Below, in pieces: positions 30,824 to 40,912 of a stretch of DNA of 64,000 nucleotides (the first letter of the stretch is position 1; every line of letters begins with the position of its first letter). Both the position numbers and the translations under genes were made by a program. The notes under the pieces were generated by a model. That model saw nothing but the letters and a program-made list of their open reading frames with translations, was not told the DNA's origin and did no database searches. Source of the DNA: Arcobacteraceae bacterium (GTDB taxonomy: Bacteria; Campylobacterota; Campylobacteria; Campylobacterales; Arcobacteraceae); contig JBLWVX010000002.1 of the NCBI GenBank assembly GCA_048268245.1, positions 96,001 to 160,000 on the forward strand, given 5' to 3'.

Positions 30824-32173
30824 TTACTCTTTTACGAAGTAGTCCCCGTTGAAACTCTCTAAAGCATAATTTCTATCATTTCCAATTGCATTCGTTAAAT
30901 CATCAACAGAAAGGTATTTTAATGAATCAGCTTGAATATATTCACATACTTCATCAACTGACATATTATTTGAAATTAACTCTTCTTTATTTGGTGTATC
31001 AATACCATAGTAACAAGGGAATTTAATTTCAGGAGAAGCAACTCTAAAGTGAACTTCTTTTGCACCAGCATCTTTTAGCATTTTTACAATTCTTTTAGAT
31101 GTAGTTCCTCTTACAACCGAATCATCAATAACAAGTAATGATTTACCTGCAATAAGAGATTTCATTGGGCTTAATTTCATTCTAACTTTTAAGTTTCTCA
31201 TCTCTTGAGTTGGTTCAATAAATGTTCTTCCAACATAGTGATTTCTAATAATTCCATACTCAAAAGGAATACCACTTTGTGCTGCATATCCAAGTGCTGC
31301 TGGAACCCCTGAATCTGGAACAGGAACAACCATATCTACATTTATTTCTGACTTCTCATCATTTCTAGCAAGTGCTCTTCCCATGTTTTCTCTTGTTCTA
31401 TATACATTTTTACCATCAATAACTGAATCTGGTCTTGCAAAGTATACAAATTCAAAAGCACAAGGTCTATATTGACTTTCAAATAATTGAATTGATTCTG
31501 GTTCTTCTTTATCTTCACTAAAGATTAACATTTCTCCTGGGTTAACATCTCTTACAAACTGGGCATCTACTAAATCAAATGCACAAGTTTCAGATGCAAC
31601 AATATAACCACCTGATTTTAATTTTCCTAGAGATAATGGTCTTATACCATATCTATCTCTAATTACAAACTGTTTTGATCTTGATTGAACAATAAAACAA
31701 TAAGCTCCAATAGTTCTTGTTAAGGCTTCTTTAATTCTATCTCTTAGTCTATCTTTTGTATTTTTAGCGATTAAATGAATAAGGTTTTCTGTGTCCATTC
31801 CAGTTTGGAAAATAGCACCTTTGTCAATTAAGTCTTGTCTTACTTCTTGCTTGTTAATTAAATTACCATTATGAACAATTGATATTTCACCTAATTTATA
31901 CTTTGCAAATACTGGTTGTGCATCTAAAATAGAATCTCCACCTGCTGTAGAGTATCTATTATGACCAATTGCCATATTACCTTTTAGATATTGTAAAGCC
32001 TCATCAGTAAAAACTTCAGATACTAAACCTCTATCTTTTTTCGTATAAATCTTTCCATTACATGAAGAAGAAATACCTGTTGCTTCTTGACCTCTATGCT
32101 GCATTGAGAATAAAGCTAGTGAAGCTAATCTTGCTGCATTATCATTTCCGTAAATTCCAACTATTGCACACAT
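30824..32173 (-). CDS. purF: Amidophosphoribosyltransferase
   Basis: N-terminal Cys; QHRGQE, GHNRYST and DDSVVRGTT motifs. Confidence 0.99.
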   Translation of the reverse strand: MCAIVGIYGNDNAARLASLALFSMQHRGQEATGISSSCNGKIYTKKDRGLVSEVFTDEALQYLKGNMAIGHNRYSTAGGDSILDAQPVFAKYKLGEISIVHNGNLINKQEVRQDLIDKGAIFQTGMDTENLIHLIAKNTKDRLRDRIKEALTRTIGAYCFIVQSRSKQFVIRDRYGIRPLSLGKLKSGGYIVASETCAFDLVDAQFVRDVNPGEMLIFSEDKEEPESIQLFESQYRPCAFEFVYFARPDSVIDGKNVYRTRENMGRALARNDEKSEINVDMVVPVPDSGVPAALGYAAQSGIPFEYGIIRNHYVGRTFIEPTQEMRNLKVRMKLSPMKSLIAGKSLLVIDDSVVRGTTSKRIVKMLKDAGAKEVHFRVASPEIKFPCYYGIDTPNKEELISNNMSVDEVCEYIQADSLKYLSVDDLTNAIGNDRNYALESFNGDYFVKE

Positions 32174-32254
32174 TTATTTAACCTTTGGAAAGAGGAAGAA
32201 GTGAAAGTGTAAATGTCTTTTCCTCTTAGTTTTGAATTTTGTTTTTGTTTTATT

Positions 32255-33028
32255 TTATAGACCTAAAGCGTCATTAATTGAGTAAAGTTTTGGATCTTTT
32301 CCAATAATCCATTTTGCTACTTTAATTGCACCTTGCGAGAAAGTATTTCTTGCAGTTGCAGTATGATTTAATTCCAAGAATTCACCATCATTGTATAATC
32401 CAACAGTATGTCTCCCTACAATATCTCCACCTCTTAATGCCATCACAGCGATTTCATCTTTTGTTCTAGCACCAATATTACCATCTCTACCAGAAACTCT
32501 TACATCATCTAAATCTAAACCTCTAGCATCTGCTGCGTGCTCTGCTAAAGTAAGTGCTGTCCCTGATGGTGAATCAACTTTATGTCTATGGTGTTGTTCA
32601 ACAATCTCAATATCAAAATCGGCAAGTGTTTTTGAAGCTAAGTGTACAAGTTTATTTAAAACTGCAACACCTAAACTCATATTAGTAGCATATAATACTG
32701 GTACTAATTTACTAGCTTCTAACAATAAATTTTGTTGATGCTTGTTAAATCCAGTTGTAGCAATAACTAATGGCTTTCTAGCACCATTTTCTACTACCTC
32801 TGTAAGTAAAGCTTCTGTTGCGCTTGGAGCAGAGAAATCAATAATAACATCTGAACTTTCAAATAAAACTGCAAAGTCATTTGTAACTACTGTATCTTCA
32901 GGTACTGGCTTTTTTAATTTATCAAAAACATGTACTGCACCTACTCTTGCTTGCTCATCATTAGCTAAATCATCAATTAGCAATGAACCAACTCTACCTG
33001 TACTTCCTAAAATACCTACTTTAATCAT
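32255..33028 (-). CDS. dapB: 4-hydroxy-tetrahydrodipicolinate reductase
   Basis: GxxGRVG and [15 protein letters not shown] motifs. Confidence 0.99.
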   Translation of the reverse strand: MIKVGILGSTGRVGSLLIDDLANDEQARVGAVHVFDKLKKPVPEDTVVTNDFAVLFESSDVIIDFSAPSATEALLTEVVENGARKPLVIATTGFNKHQQNLLLEASKLVPVLYATNMSLGVAVLNKLVHLASKTLADFDIEIVEQHHRHKVDSPSGTALTLAEHAADARGLDLDDVRVSGRDGNIGARTKDEIAVMALRGGDIVGRHTVGLYNDGEFLELNHTATARNTFSQGAIKVAKWIIGKDPKLYSINDALGL

Positions 33029-33040
33029 TTTTTAGCTTCC

Positions 33041-33970
33041 TTATCCTATATATTCAATAATATTTACTGCTGCTGTTGCCCCATCACCTGAAGCACAAAC
33101 AACTTGTTTTGCTGCATCAATTCTGATGTCTCCTGCTGCATATAAACCAGGTGTTGATGTTTCCATTTTTAGGTTTACGATAACCTCACCTTGCTCATTT
33201 ACATCACAAAGGAATGATCCATCTTCTTGTTTAATAGGGTCATTTAATACATCTCTACCAACAAATACAAATACACCTGGTGTTGGTAAGTCTCTAATTT
33301 CACCTGTTTCTTTAGATTTAACTTTTAATCCAAGAACACCTGTATTATCACCAAATACTTCTTCAACAGTTACATTAGTAACTTCTTCAATATTTTCAGT
33401 GTTTTTCATATGCTCAATTGTAGAAGGAGCTGCTCTATATGTATCTCTTCTATGAACTAAATAAACTTTTGAACAAAGTTTTGCTAAATATACTGCTTCT
33501 TCTAAAGCTGTATCTCCACCACCAACTACTGCAACTTCTTTACCTTTATAGAAGAATCCATCACAAGTAGCACAAGTTGAAATACCTTGACCGAAGAATT
33601 TATCTTCACCTTCAAAACCAGCTCTTCTTGGAACAGAACCTGTAGCCATTAATACAGTCTTAGCTTCATACTCTTTACCATCAACAGCTGTTAGTTTGAA
33701 AATATCATTCTCTTTAACAACACTTGTAATTTGGTTCATTTCATGCTTTAAACCAAATTTTTGACACTGCTCTGGCCAGTTTTGCATTAACTCCATACCA
33801 GTCATTACTTCACCTTGACCTGGATAGTTCTCAATTTCTGATGAACCAGTAATTTGTCCACCTGGCATTCCCATCTCGAACATAACAACATTATTTAAAC
33901 CGCCTCTAGTAGCATAAAGCCCAGCAGTTAAACCAGCAGGTCCTCCACCAATGATTGCTAAATCTAACAT
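33041..33970 (-). CDS. trxB: Thioredoxin reductase
   Basis: GGGPAG, CATCDG and GGGDTA motifs. Confidence 0.98.
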   Translation of the reverse strand: MLDLAIIGGGPAGLTAGLYATRGGLNNVVMFEMGMPGGQITGSSEIENYPGQGEVMTGMELMQNWPEQCQKFGLKHEMNQITSVVKENDIFKLTAVDGKEYEAKTVLMATGSVPRRAGFEGEDKFFGQGISTCATCDGFFYKGKEVAVVGGGDTALEEAVYLAKLCSKVYLVHRRDTYRAAPSTIEHMKNTENIEEVTNVTVEEVFGDNTGVLGLKVKSKETGEIRDLPTPGVFVFVGRDVLNDPIKQEDGSFLCDVNEQGEVIVNLKMETSTPGLYAAGDIRIDAAKQVVCASGDGATAAVNIIEYIG

Positions 33971-34181
33971 ATTAGTATCCTTTTATTTGTTTCATTTATA
34001 TTTATTATAGTTTATAGTATTTATTAAAACAGTATAATACTAAAAACTATGTAAGTTATAGTTTAATCAAAAGAAAAAACTTAATGGATAAATTTTATCA
34101 TTTAATAATAAATATTAACTTAAAGTACCAAATTTTTGCCTTATGACTTTTATGCTATTATTTCATGATTAAAGGAAATAT

Positions 34182-35522
34182 ATGGATAACTTAAATACTA
34201 CAATTTCATCAATTGCATCTTTTATTTGGGGACCACCTATGTTAATCTTATTAGTAGGTACTGGTCTTTACTTAACAATAAAATTAAAAGGTATGCAATT
34301 TTGGGCATTGGGACATGCTTTTAAGCTAATTTTTGAAAAAGAAGATTCAAATAAAGGTGACATAACTAACTTTGCTGCACTTATGACTGCACTTGCAGCA
34401 ACAGTTGGAATAGGAAATATAGTAGGTGTTGCTACTGCTATTACGATGGGAGGTCCAGGAGCTGTATTTTGGATGTGGGTTACAGGATTAGTTGGTATGG
34501 CAACTAAATACTCAGAAGCAATTCTAGCAGTAAAATATAGAGAAAAAGGTATAAATGGTTACAAGGGTGGACCTATGTACTATATCTTCAAAGGTGCAAA
34601 TATGCCAAAACTTGCAATGGCCTTTGCATTTTTCACTGTGATTGCCTCTTTTGGTATAGGTAATATGGCCCAAGCAAATGCAGTTTCTACAGCCTTAAAT
34701 TCACAATTTGGAATATCATTTGAAGTTACAGGAATATCATTACTATTAATTACTGGGATTGTTGTGCTTGGTGGAATAAAAACAATTGGAAAAGTAACCA
34801 CTTACTTAATACCATTTATGATTGCTATTTATTTAGTTACTGCACTAATAATCATAGTAACTAACATTGATAAAGTAAGTGATGCTTTAGGGATGATTTT
34901 CTATTATGCCTTTAATCCAATTGCAGCAACAGGTGGATTTGCAGGTGCAGCTATTGCAGCAGCTATTAGATATGGTATTGCAAGAGGAGTTTTTTCAAAT
35001 GAATCAGGACTAGGTTCTGCTCCAATAGCAGCTGCTGCTGCTAAAACAAACGATCCAGTTAAACAAGCTTTAATATCAATGACTCAAACTTTCATTGATA
35101 CATTAATTGTTTGTACGATGACAGCTTTAATCATTTTAATGGCACCTATTTGGACACAAGATGGAAGTGCTGGAGAGTTAACTTTAAAGAGTTTTGAATA
35201 CTTCCTTGGTGATTGGGGAGCTTTAGTTATTGTATTTGCAACAATACTTTTTGGATACTCTACTATACTTGGCTGGTCATATTATGGAGAAAGAGCATTT
35301 GAGTACATTTTAGGTGATAAAAAAGTATTCTATTATAGAATTTTCTTTATTTCTATAATATATGTGGGATGTGTTTCACAACTTAGACTTGTTTGGAACT
35401 TCTCAGACCTAGCAAATGGTCTTATGGCTATTCCTAACTTAATAGGTTTATTAATTCTCTCAAAAGTAGTAAGTGATGAAACAAAAAGATATTTTGATAA
35501 GAAAAATGGTATAAAAGCTTAA
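34182..35522 (+). CDS. Sodium:alanine/glycine symporter (AGCS family)
   Basis: GIGNIVGVATAI, GGPGAVFWMW, GGPMYY and FSNESGLGS motifs. Confidence 0.96.
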   Translation: MDNLNTTISSIASFIWGPPMLILLVGTGLYLTIKLKGMQFWALGHAFKLIFEKEDSNKGDITNFAALMTALAATVGIGNIVGVATAITMGGPGAVFWMWVTGLVGMATKYSEAILAVKYREKGINGYKGGPMYYIFKGANMPKLAMAFAFFTVIASFGIGNMAQANAVSTALNSQFGISFEVTGISLLLITGIVVLGGIKTIGKVTTYLIPFMIAIYLVTALIIIVTNIDKVSDALGMIFYYAFNPIAATGGFAGAAIAAAIRYGIARGVFSNESGLGSAPIAAAAAKTNDPVKQALISMTQTFIDTLIVCTMTALIILMAPIWTQDGSAGELTLKSFEYFLGDWGALVIVFATILFGYSTILGWSYYGERAFEYILGDKKVFYYRIFFISIIYVGCVSQLRLVWNFSDLANGLMAIPNLIGLLILSKVVSDETKRYFDKKNGIKA

Positions 35523-35532
35523 GCTTTTATAC
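35509..35532. terminator. Palindrome between convergent genes
   Basis: GTATAAAAGCTTAAGCTTTTATAC. Confidence 0.6.
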
Positions 35533-36183
35533 TAATTTCGTCTCTTTGTTTAAACTATAACCTAAACCTTTTACACTTAAAATTGCCTCATTAAAAAGCT
35601 TTTTTCTCAGTCTTTTTATCATAGCTCTAATATTAGTTAGATTTGTATCTTCACCTTCCCATACATATTCATAAATTTCTTCATAATTTGCTATGTGATG
35701 AAGATTTTTAGAAAACATTTCTAAAAACAAAATCTCTTTTTTTGTAAGTTCAATTTCTTCATTGTTTTTATACATAATTCTATTTTTAAAATCATATTTT
35801 AAATTTTCATTAAATTGCAAAAACATTTTTTCAACTCTGCAAAGTTTCTTTACTTTTTGTACTAATTCAAAAATATAAAAAGGTTTTTTTATATAATCAT
35901 CACATCCTAAATCATAAGATTTTTGAATCTTCTCAAAATCATGATTTGAACTAATTATAATTACAGGAATATCTTTATGATTAACTCTTAATAGTTCCAA
36001 AAGTGAAATACCATCAATATTTGGAACATTTATATCTAATATAAAACAAGAGTAACCATTTTCTAAACTTTCAAGTGCTTCTTGTCCATCTATAAAGGTA
36101 TCCACATTATAAGACTCTTTTTCAAGAGAACTCTTTATTAAATTAAGTAATCTTTCATTATCTTCTAGTACTAAAATCTTCAA
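35527..36183 (-). CDS. OmpR-family response regulator
   Basis: Receiver domain (LED, ILDINVP, KPF) plus winged-helix domain (IKRLRKKL, GLGY). Confidence 0.96.
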   Translation of the reverse strand: MKILVLEDNERLLNLIKSSLEKESYNVDTFIDGQEALESLENGYSCFILDINVPNIDGISLLELLRVNHKDIPVIIISSNHDFEKIQKSYDLGCDDYIKKPFYIFELVQKVKKLCRVEKMFLQFNENLKYDFKNRIMYKNNEEIELTKKEILFLEMFSKNLHHIANYEEIYEYVWEGEDTNLTNIRAMIKRLRKKLFNEAILSVKGLGYSLNKETKLV

Positions 36184-38360
36184 TCTACATACTCCAAAAT
36201 AATTTCAAATAATGCTCCATTTTCTATGTTGCTTGCTTGTAGTTTTCCATTCATTTTATCTTCAATTATCATTTTTGCCATATAAAGCCCTATTCCATGT
36301 CCCTCTTTTTTAGTAGAAAAATAGGCTTTAAATACTCTCTTTAAAGCTGCTTTCTTAATTCCACCTGCATTATCTAAAATTTGTATTTTTAGGTTTTTAT
36401 CTTCATTTAAAATATTAATTCTTATAAGTCTATCATCAAAATCTTTTTTTATCAACTCATCTTTTGCATTGTTTATTATATTTAAAATAGCTTGCATAAA
36501 CTCATTTCTAAAACCTAGTACTTTTAAGTTTATATCTTTACTATAGTTAAATTCAAGCTTTATATAATTATATTTTATATTATGATTTACAATTTTTAAA
36601 AGTTCATCAATTGCCAAACTTACATCAAAAACTGTTTTTTTATTTGAAGGAATCATAAAATTTTGAAAATCATTAATTGTTTTATTCATATATTCAACTT
36701 GTGTCATGATGTCTTTTACATAAGATTCATCTTCATTCTTTTGGGTTGAAGAAGAATAAAAACTCTCTTGAGCAATTGTAGTTATTTCAACAAGTGGAGA
36801 TTTCCATTGATGGGCAATTGAAGAAAAAATTTCACCAATTTCAGCAAGTTTTGATTGCTGAATTATAAACTGCTGGTTTTTTTGTCTTTCAATTTCAGCT
36901 TTTTTCTCTTTTGTAATATCTGTAAGAATGGTAACTGTACCTGTTTTTTTAGTCTTACTATCACAATAAGTAGTTTGTTTAATAAAATAAATTTTTTCAT
37001 CAATACTTGTAACTTTTAATTTAAAAGAAGAGTGTTTCTTTGAGTTTTTTTGATACTTTAGTAAGGCTTTTTGAACTATTTTTACACTTTCATTATCATA
37101 AAATTCATCTAATCTCTTATTGTAAATATGACTTTTTTCAATATTTATAATATTACAAAACATCATATTTGAATCTAATATTCTTCCCTTTTCATCTTGC
37201 CAGAATATTGGACTTTCAATTGCATTTAGTAATACTTCATCAAAATCTATTCTTTGTCTTAATTTTTTTTGAGTATTAACTCTCATATAGATATTATGTA
37301 TTAAAGCTAAAATTAAAAATATCAACAAAGGAAAAATTATAAAAACAAAATTTATAAAAACACGATGTTTATCAAAAAAAGTCAACCTTTTGTTTATAAG
37401 CTCATATTCTTCTTTTAACTGAGCTATTGCAATAGTAAATTCATTTAATTTTTTTGAGTCAAAAACATAAGAAAAGTCATCAAAAACTTCAACTCTTTTT
37501 ATCTCTTTATTAGTTAGTATATCTAAAGCCATAAATCCAGATTGAGTACCAAATTTCTCTAAATCTACTATCTTTCCACCAATTACTCCACTATATTTAA
37601 ATACTGAATCTGTAATAAAAATAGGAACTTTAGAGTGATTTATAAATTTTGAGATTTCATAGTTTTTATTTAGCGTGCCATCACTATTTTTGTAAAACCT
37701 TATAAATAAAACTGCACTATTATTTTCAGCCTTAGAAAATCTGTTTTTCAAACTATCTAGATTATCTTCTTTTAAATAAATAAGATTATATCTTCCCGTA
37801 AAATCTGAAAATAGCTCTTTTATCAAAGGCTCTGTATGTGTTGCATTTATACTTTTATCATTTATTATATATAGATTTTTGATACTTGGAATAATACTTT
37901 CAACTAATTTTATATTAGCCTTTAAGTCTCTTTTTTCAAGTAAAGCCCAAACTTTTTTTTCTAGACCTTTTTTTATAAGTTTTTCTTGTAAAAAGTTTTC
38001 AATTCCAACTGTAAGAATTTTTGTTTTGCTAAATAGTTCACGATAAGAATCAACTATAAAATCATATGCAAATCTGTCTATTGTAATAACTAAATCATAC
38101 TTTCTAGATTTTAACTGTACTTTATAGAGATCTTTTAAACTCTCACTATATTCTTTTGAAGTTATTCTTTTTGAGTCCATATATAAAACATTTATATCTA
38201 AATTAGTGTGTTTATAAAAAACTTTTTCAATTGATTTTACAATATCATCACTCCATTTATAGCCTTTATGGTAAGAACTTATTATCAAGATATTTTTATT
38301 AATTGAATTTGAGAAAAGAAAAGTTGTGAAAATTAAAAGTAGAAATAGAGTTTTTTTCAT
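36180..38360 (-). CDS. Sensor histidine kinase with periplasmic substrate-binding-like domain and PAS domain
   Basis: Signal peptide, TM, IAHQWKSPL H-box, NIINNAKD, DNAGG and GHGIGL boxes. Confidence 0.95.
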   Translation of the reverse strand: MKKTLFLLLIFTTFLFSNSINKNILIISSYHKGYKWSDDIVKSIEKVFYKHTNLDINVLYMDSKRITSKEYSESLKDLYKVQLKSRKYDLVITIDRFAYDFIVDSYRELFSKTKILTVGIENFLQEKLIKKGLEKKVWALLEKRDLKANIKLVESIIPSIKNLYIINDKSINATHTEPLIKELFSDFTGRYNLIYLKEDNLDSLKNRFSKAENNSAVLFIRFYKNSDGTLNKNYEISKFINHSKVPIFITDSVFKYSGVIGGKIVDLEKFGTQSGFMALDILTNKEIKRVEVFDDFSYVFDSKKLNEFTIAIAQLKEEYELINKRLTFFDKHRVFINFVFIIFPLLIFLILALIHNIYMRVNTQKKLRQRIDFDEVLLNAIESPIFWQDEKGRILDSNMMFCNIINIEKSHIYNKRLDEFYDNESVKIVQKALLKYQKNSKKHSSFKLKVTSIDEKIYFIKQTTYCDSKTKKTGTVTILTDITKEKKAEIERQKNQQFIIQQSKLAEIGEIFSSIAHQWKSPLVEITTIAQESFYSSSTQKNEDESYVKDIMTQVEYMNKTINDFQNFMIPSNKKTVFDVSLAIDELLKIVNHNIKYNYIKLEFNYSKDINLKVLGFRNEFMQAILNIINNAKDELIKKDFDDRLIRINILNEDKNLKIQILDNAGGIKKAALKRVFKAYFSTKKEGHGIGLYMAKMIIEDKMNGKLQASNIENGALFEIILEYVD

Positions 38361-38383
38361 AAACTTATTATAGTAAGTTTTAT

Positions 38384-38412
38384 AAAAATAGCACCTTTAT
38401 TGGTGCTATTTT
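38384..38412 (-). terminator. Intrinsic terminator after the DASS transporter gene
   Basis: AAAATAGCACC-N6-GGTGCTATTTT. Confidence 0.85.
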
Positions 38413-38414
38413 AT

Positions 38415-39827
38415 TTAAAGAATAATGAAGCATAAAAGAACTAATGAAGCCAAGAATATTGCTCCAAATATTGCTCCTAATTTCCACCATGTTGCTTGTG
38501 AAATATATCCAGCACCATACCAAATTGGTGAAGGCCCTGTAGCATATGGAGTAATAATTCCCATAAGTCCAAGTGAACCAACTAATAATATCGCTAGTGA
38601 AGGTACCATTTCAGCAGGAATTAAATTCATACCAATTCCTAGAAAAAGTGGTAAAAGTGCAACTACATGAGCTGTAACACTTGCAAATAAATAATGGAAT
38701 AAGAAGAATAATGATACAAGTATAATCACTATGTTTACAGGATCAACACCTGCTAACCAACTTGAGATTAAACCTGCTGCCCATTTTAAATATCCAACTT
38801 TTTTAAGACCACTTGCCATTGCAACTAATGTTGCAAACCAAATAAATACATTGATTGCTGCTTTATTTGTAATCACATCTTCCCAGTCAATAACTTTAGT
38901 TAAAACAAGTAAACATAAAACTACTAAGGCTGCAACTGTTCCATTTATACCTATTGCTTTTCCAAAAATCCACATAACTAAAGCTAATATTCCAAGACCT
39001 AACATAATTAACTCTTTTTTAGTTATAGGTCCTATATTTTCAAGCTCTTTTGCTGCCCATGCTGGAGCTTCTGGTGAAGTTTTTTGTTCAGGTGGATACA
39101 CTAAATATGTGATGTAAGGAACAAGTAAAAATAGTGGTACCATAATTAGTGCAAGAGTACTAAACCACTCTCCCCATGAGATCAAAATACCTGTGTTTTT
39201 TTCAACTAATGATACTGCTAATAAATTTGGTGCTAAAGCTGTTAAGAACATAGAACTTGTAACACAAGTTGCTGCAATTGCCACCCATGAAATGTATGCC
39301 CCTAGTTTTCTTGGTTCATTTTCAGGAGTAGAATTAAACATTTGTGGAATATTAATAGCTATTGGAAAAATAGTTCCTGCACTTCTTGCTGTGTTTGATG
39401 GCATAAATGGTGATAATATACCATCTGCAAAAGCAATAGCATATCCTAAACCAAGTGATGTTTTACCTAAGGCTTTTACTAAAAGTAAAGCAATTCTTTT
39501 TCCAAGTCCTGATTTTTTGTACCCTAGTGCAAACATAAATGCTGCAAAAATTAACCAGATAACTCCATTTGAAAAACCACTTAAAGCCCAATCTCTATTG
39601 GCTTTAGCAGTTTCACCTACTAATCCAAAAGCGGCACTAAATGAAACCCCAATTAGACCTATTAAGGCTGCTGGAATTGGCTCTAAAATAAGTGCAACTA
39701 TTACACCTAAAAATACTGCGAAGAAGTATTGTGCGTTAACACTTAAACCTTCTGGTGTTGGTATTATTGCAACAATAATTGCAACAATAATTGGTAATGC
39801 TATTTTAAAAGTCTGACTTTGAAGCAT
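38415..39827 (-). CDS. DASS family di/tricarboxylate transporter (CitT/TtdT-like)
   Basis: PSNTAR, SSMFLTALAPN, HYLFASVTAH and TPYATGPSP motifs. Confidence 0.95.
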   Translation of the reverse strand: MLQSQTFKIALPIIVAIIVAIIPTPEGLSVNAQYFFAVFLGVIVALILEPIPAALIGLIGVSFSAAFGLVGETAKANRDWALSGFSNGVIWLIFAAFMFALGYKKSGLGKRIALLLVKALGKTSLGLGYAIAFADGILSPFMPSNTARSAGTIFPIAINIPQMFNSTPENEPRKLGAYISWVAIAATCVTSSMFLTALAPNLLAVSLVEKNTGILISWGEWFSTLALIMVPLFLLVPYITYLVYPPEQKTSPEAPAWAAKELENIGPITKKELIMLGLGILALVMWIFGKAIGINGTVAALVVLCLLVLTKVIDWEDVITNKAAINVFIWFATLVAMASGLKKVGYLKWAAGLISSWLAGVDPVNIVIILVSLFFLFHYLFASVTAHVVALLPLFLGIGMNLIPAEMVPSLAILLVGSLGLMGIITPYATGPSPIWYGAGYISQATWWKLGAIFGAIFLASLVLLCFIIL

Positions 39828-39873
39828 GACATCTCCTTTTTATTTCTTATATTGAAATATTAGAAAAGAAGAG

Positions 39874-39891
39874 TGACGTTAATATGACATT
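39874..39891 (-). promoter_or_regulatory. Direct repeat, candidate OmpR-family binding site
   Basis: TGACGTT-N4-TGACATT (11-bp period) 47-64 bp upstream of the DASS start. Confidence 0.55.
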
Positions 39892-39914
39892 TTGATTTAT
39901 TTAGTATAAAAAAT

Positions 39915-39943
39915 AAAAACTAAGAGAAATTCTCTTAGTTTTT
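39915..39943 (-). terminator. Intrinsic terminator after the second thioredoxin
   Basis: AAAAACTAAGAGAA-A-TTCTCTTAGTTTTT. Confidence 0.8.
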
Positions 39944-39985
39944 TAATAATTGTTAGTATTTATAAAAATTAAATATTTTATTTAA

Positions 39986-40303
39986 TTAAATTAATGAATT
40001 TAATTTATCAACAAATGCTTGTTTTGAAGCTGCACCAATCATAGTATCCACAACTTCTCCATCTTTCATAAAAATGATTGTAGGAATAGATCTTACACCA
40101 AATTTAACTGCTAAGTCTTGTTCTTCATCTGAATTAACTTTACAAATTTTAGCTTTTCCATCAAATTCTTGTGCTAATTCATCAATTACAGGTGCAAGCA
40201 TTCTACAAGGTCCGCACCATGGTGCCCAAAAGTCTACTAAAGCAATACCTTCTTTTGTTGTTTCATCAAAATTATCATTATTTAACTCTATATATTTACT
40301 CAT
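39986..40303 (-). CDS. trxA: Thioredoxin (second copy)
   Basis: WCGPC motif; 105 aa from ATG 40303 (AAGGA RBS). Confidence 0.93.
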   Translation of the reverse strand: MSKYIELNNDNFDETTKEGIALVDFWAPWCGPCRMLAPVIDELAQEFDGKAKICKVNSDEEQDLAVKFGVRSIPTIIFMKDGEVVDTMIGAASKQAFVDKLNSLI

Positions 40304-40374
40304 ATTTTTTCCTTTTTTGTTATATTGGAAAAATTTTATCATTTAATAAATAATATCTAGCTTAAAGTGGGCAT

Positions 40375-40406
40375 AAAAAAAGATAAGACTATAATGTCTT
40401 ACCTTT
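40375..40406 (-). terminator. Intrinsic terminator after the first thioredoxin
   Basis: Minus strand AAAGGTAAGAC-ATTATA-GTCTTATCTTTTTTT. Confidence 0.8.
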
Positions 40407-40436
40407 CTTAATAATTGTTTGTATTTTTATTATGAA

Positions 40437-40754
40437 TTATAATAATGAGTTAATTTTGTCAGCAAATGCTTGTTTAGAAGAAGCTCCAACCATTTGATCA
40501 ACTACTTCACCATCTTTCATGAAGATAATAGTAGGAATAGATCTAATTCCATATTTTACAGCTAAATCTTGCTCTTCATCAGTATTTACTTTACAAATGT
40601 TTGCTTTACCTTCAAACTCTTCAGCTAATTCTTCAATAACTGGAGCGATCATTCTACAAGGTCCACACCATGGAGCCCAGAAATCTACTAGTGAAACACC
40701 ACTTTTTGTAACTTCTTCAAAATTTGCAGGAGTTAATTCAATATATTTACCCAT
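40437..40754 (-). CDS. trxA: Thioredoxin
   Basis: WCGPC motif; 105 aa. Confidence 0.97.
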   Translation of the reverse strand: MGKYIELTPANFEEVTKSGVSLVDFWAPWCGPCRMIAPVIEELAEEFEGKANICKVNTDEEQDLAVKYGIRSIPTIIFMKDGEVVDQMVGASSKQAFADKINSLL

Positions 40755-40912
40755 TTTATTTCCTTATTATTAGTTTTAGTTCTCTTTATCAAAATATTTT
40801 ATAAATAAAACTTATTAATTTTAGCCTAGCTTAACTTAAAATTTCTTTTATAATCTAGCCTAAATCTGTTTTTAGATAAAATAACTCTATTTTAATTAAA
40901 ATGGATAGTTTT

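Noticed and set aside
32391..40773. Many plus-strand ORFs antisense to dapB, trxB, the DASS gene and trxA (e.g. 39193-39816, 207 aa)
   Set aside because: Antisense shadows of well-supported genes, expected from codon bias; no RBS or motifs.
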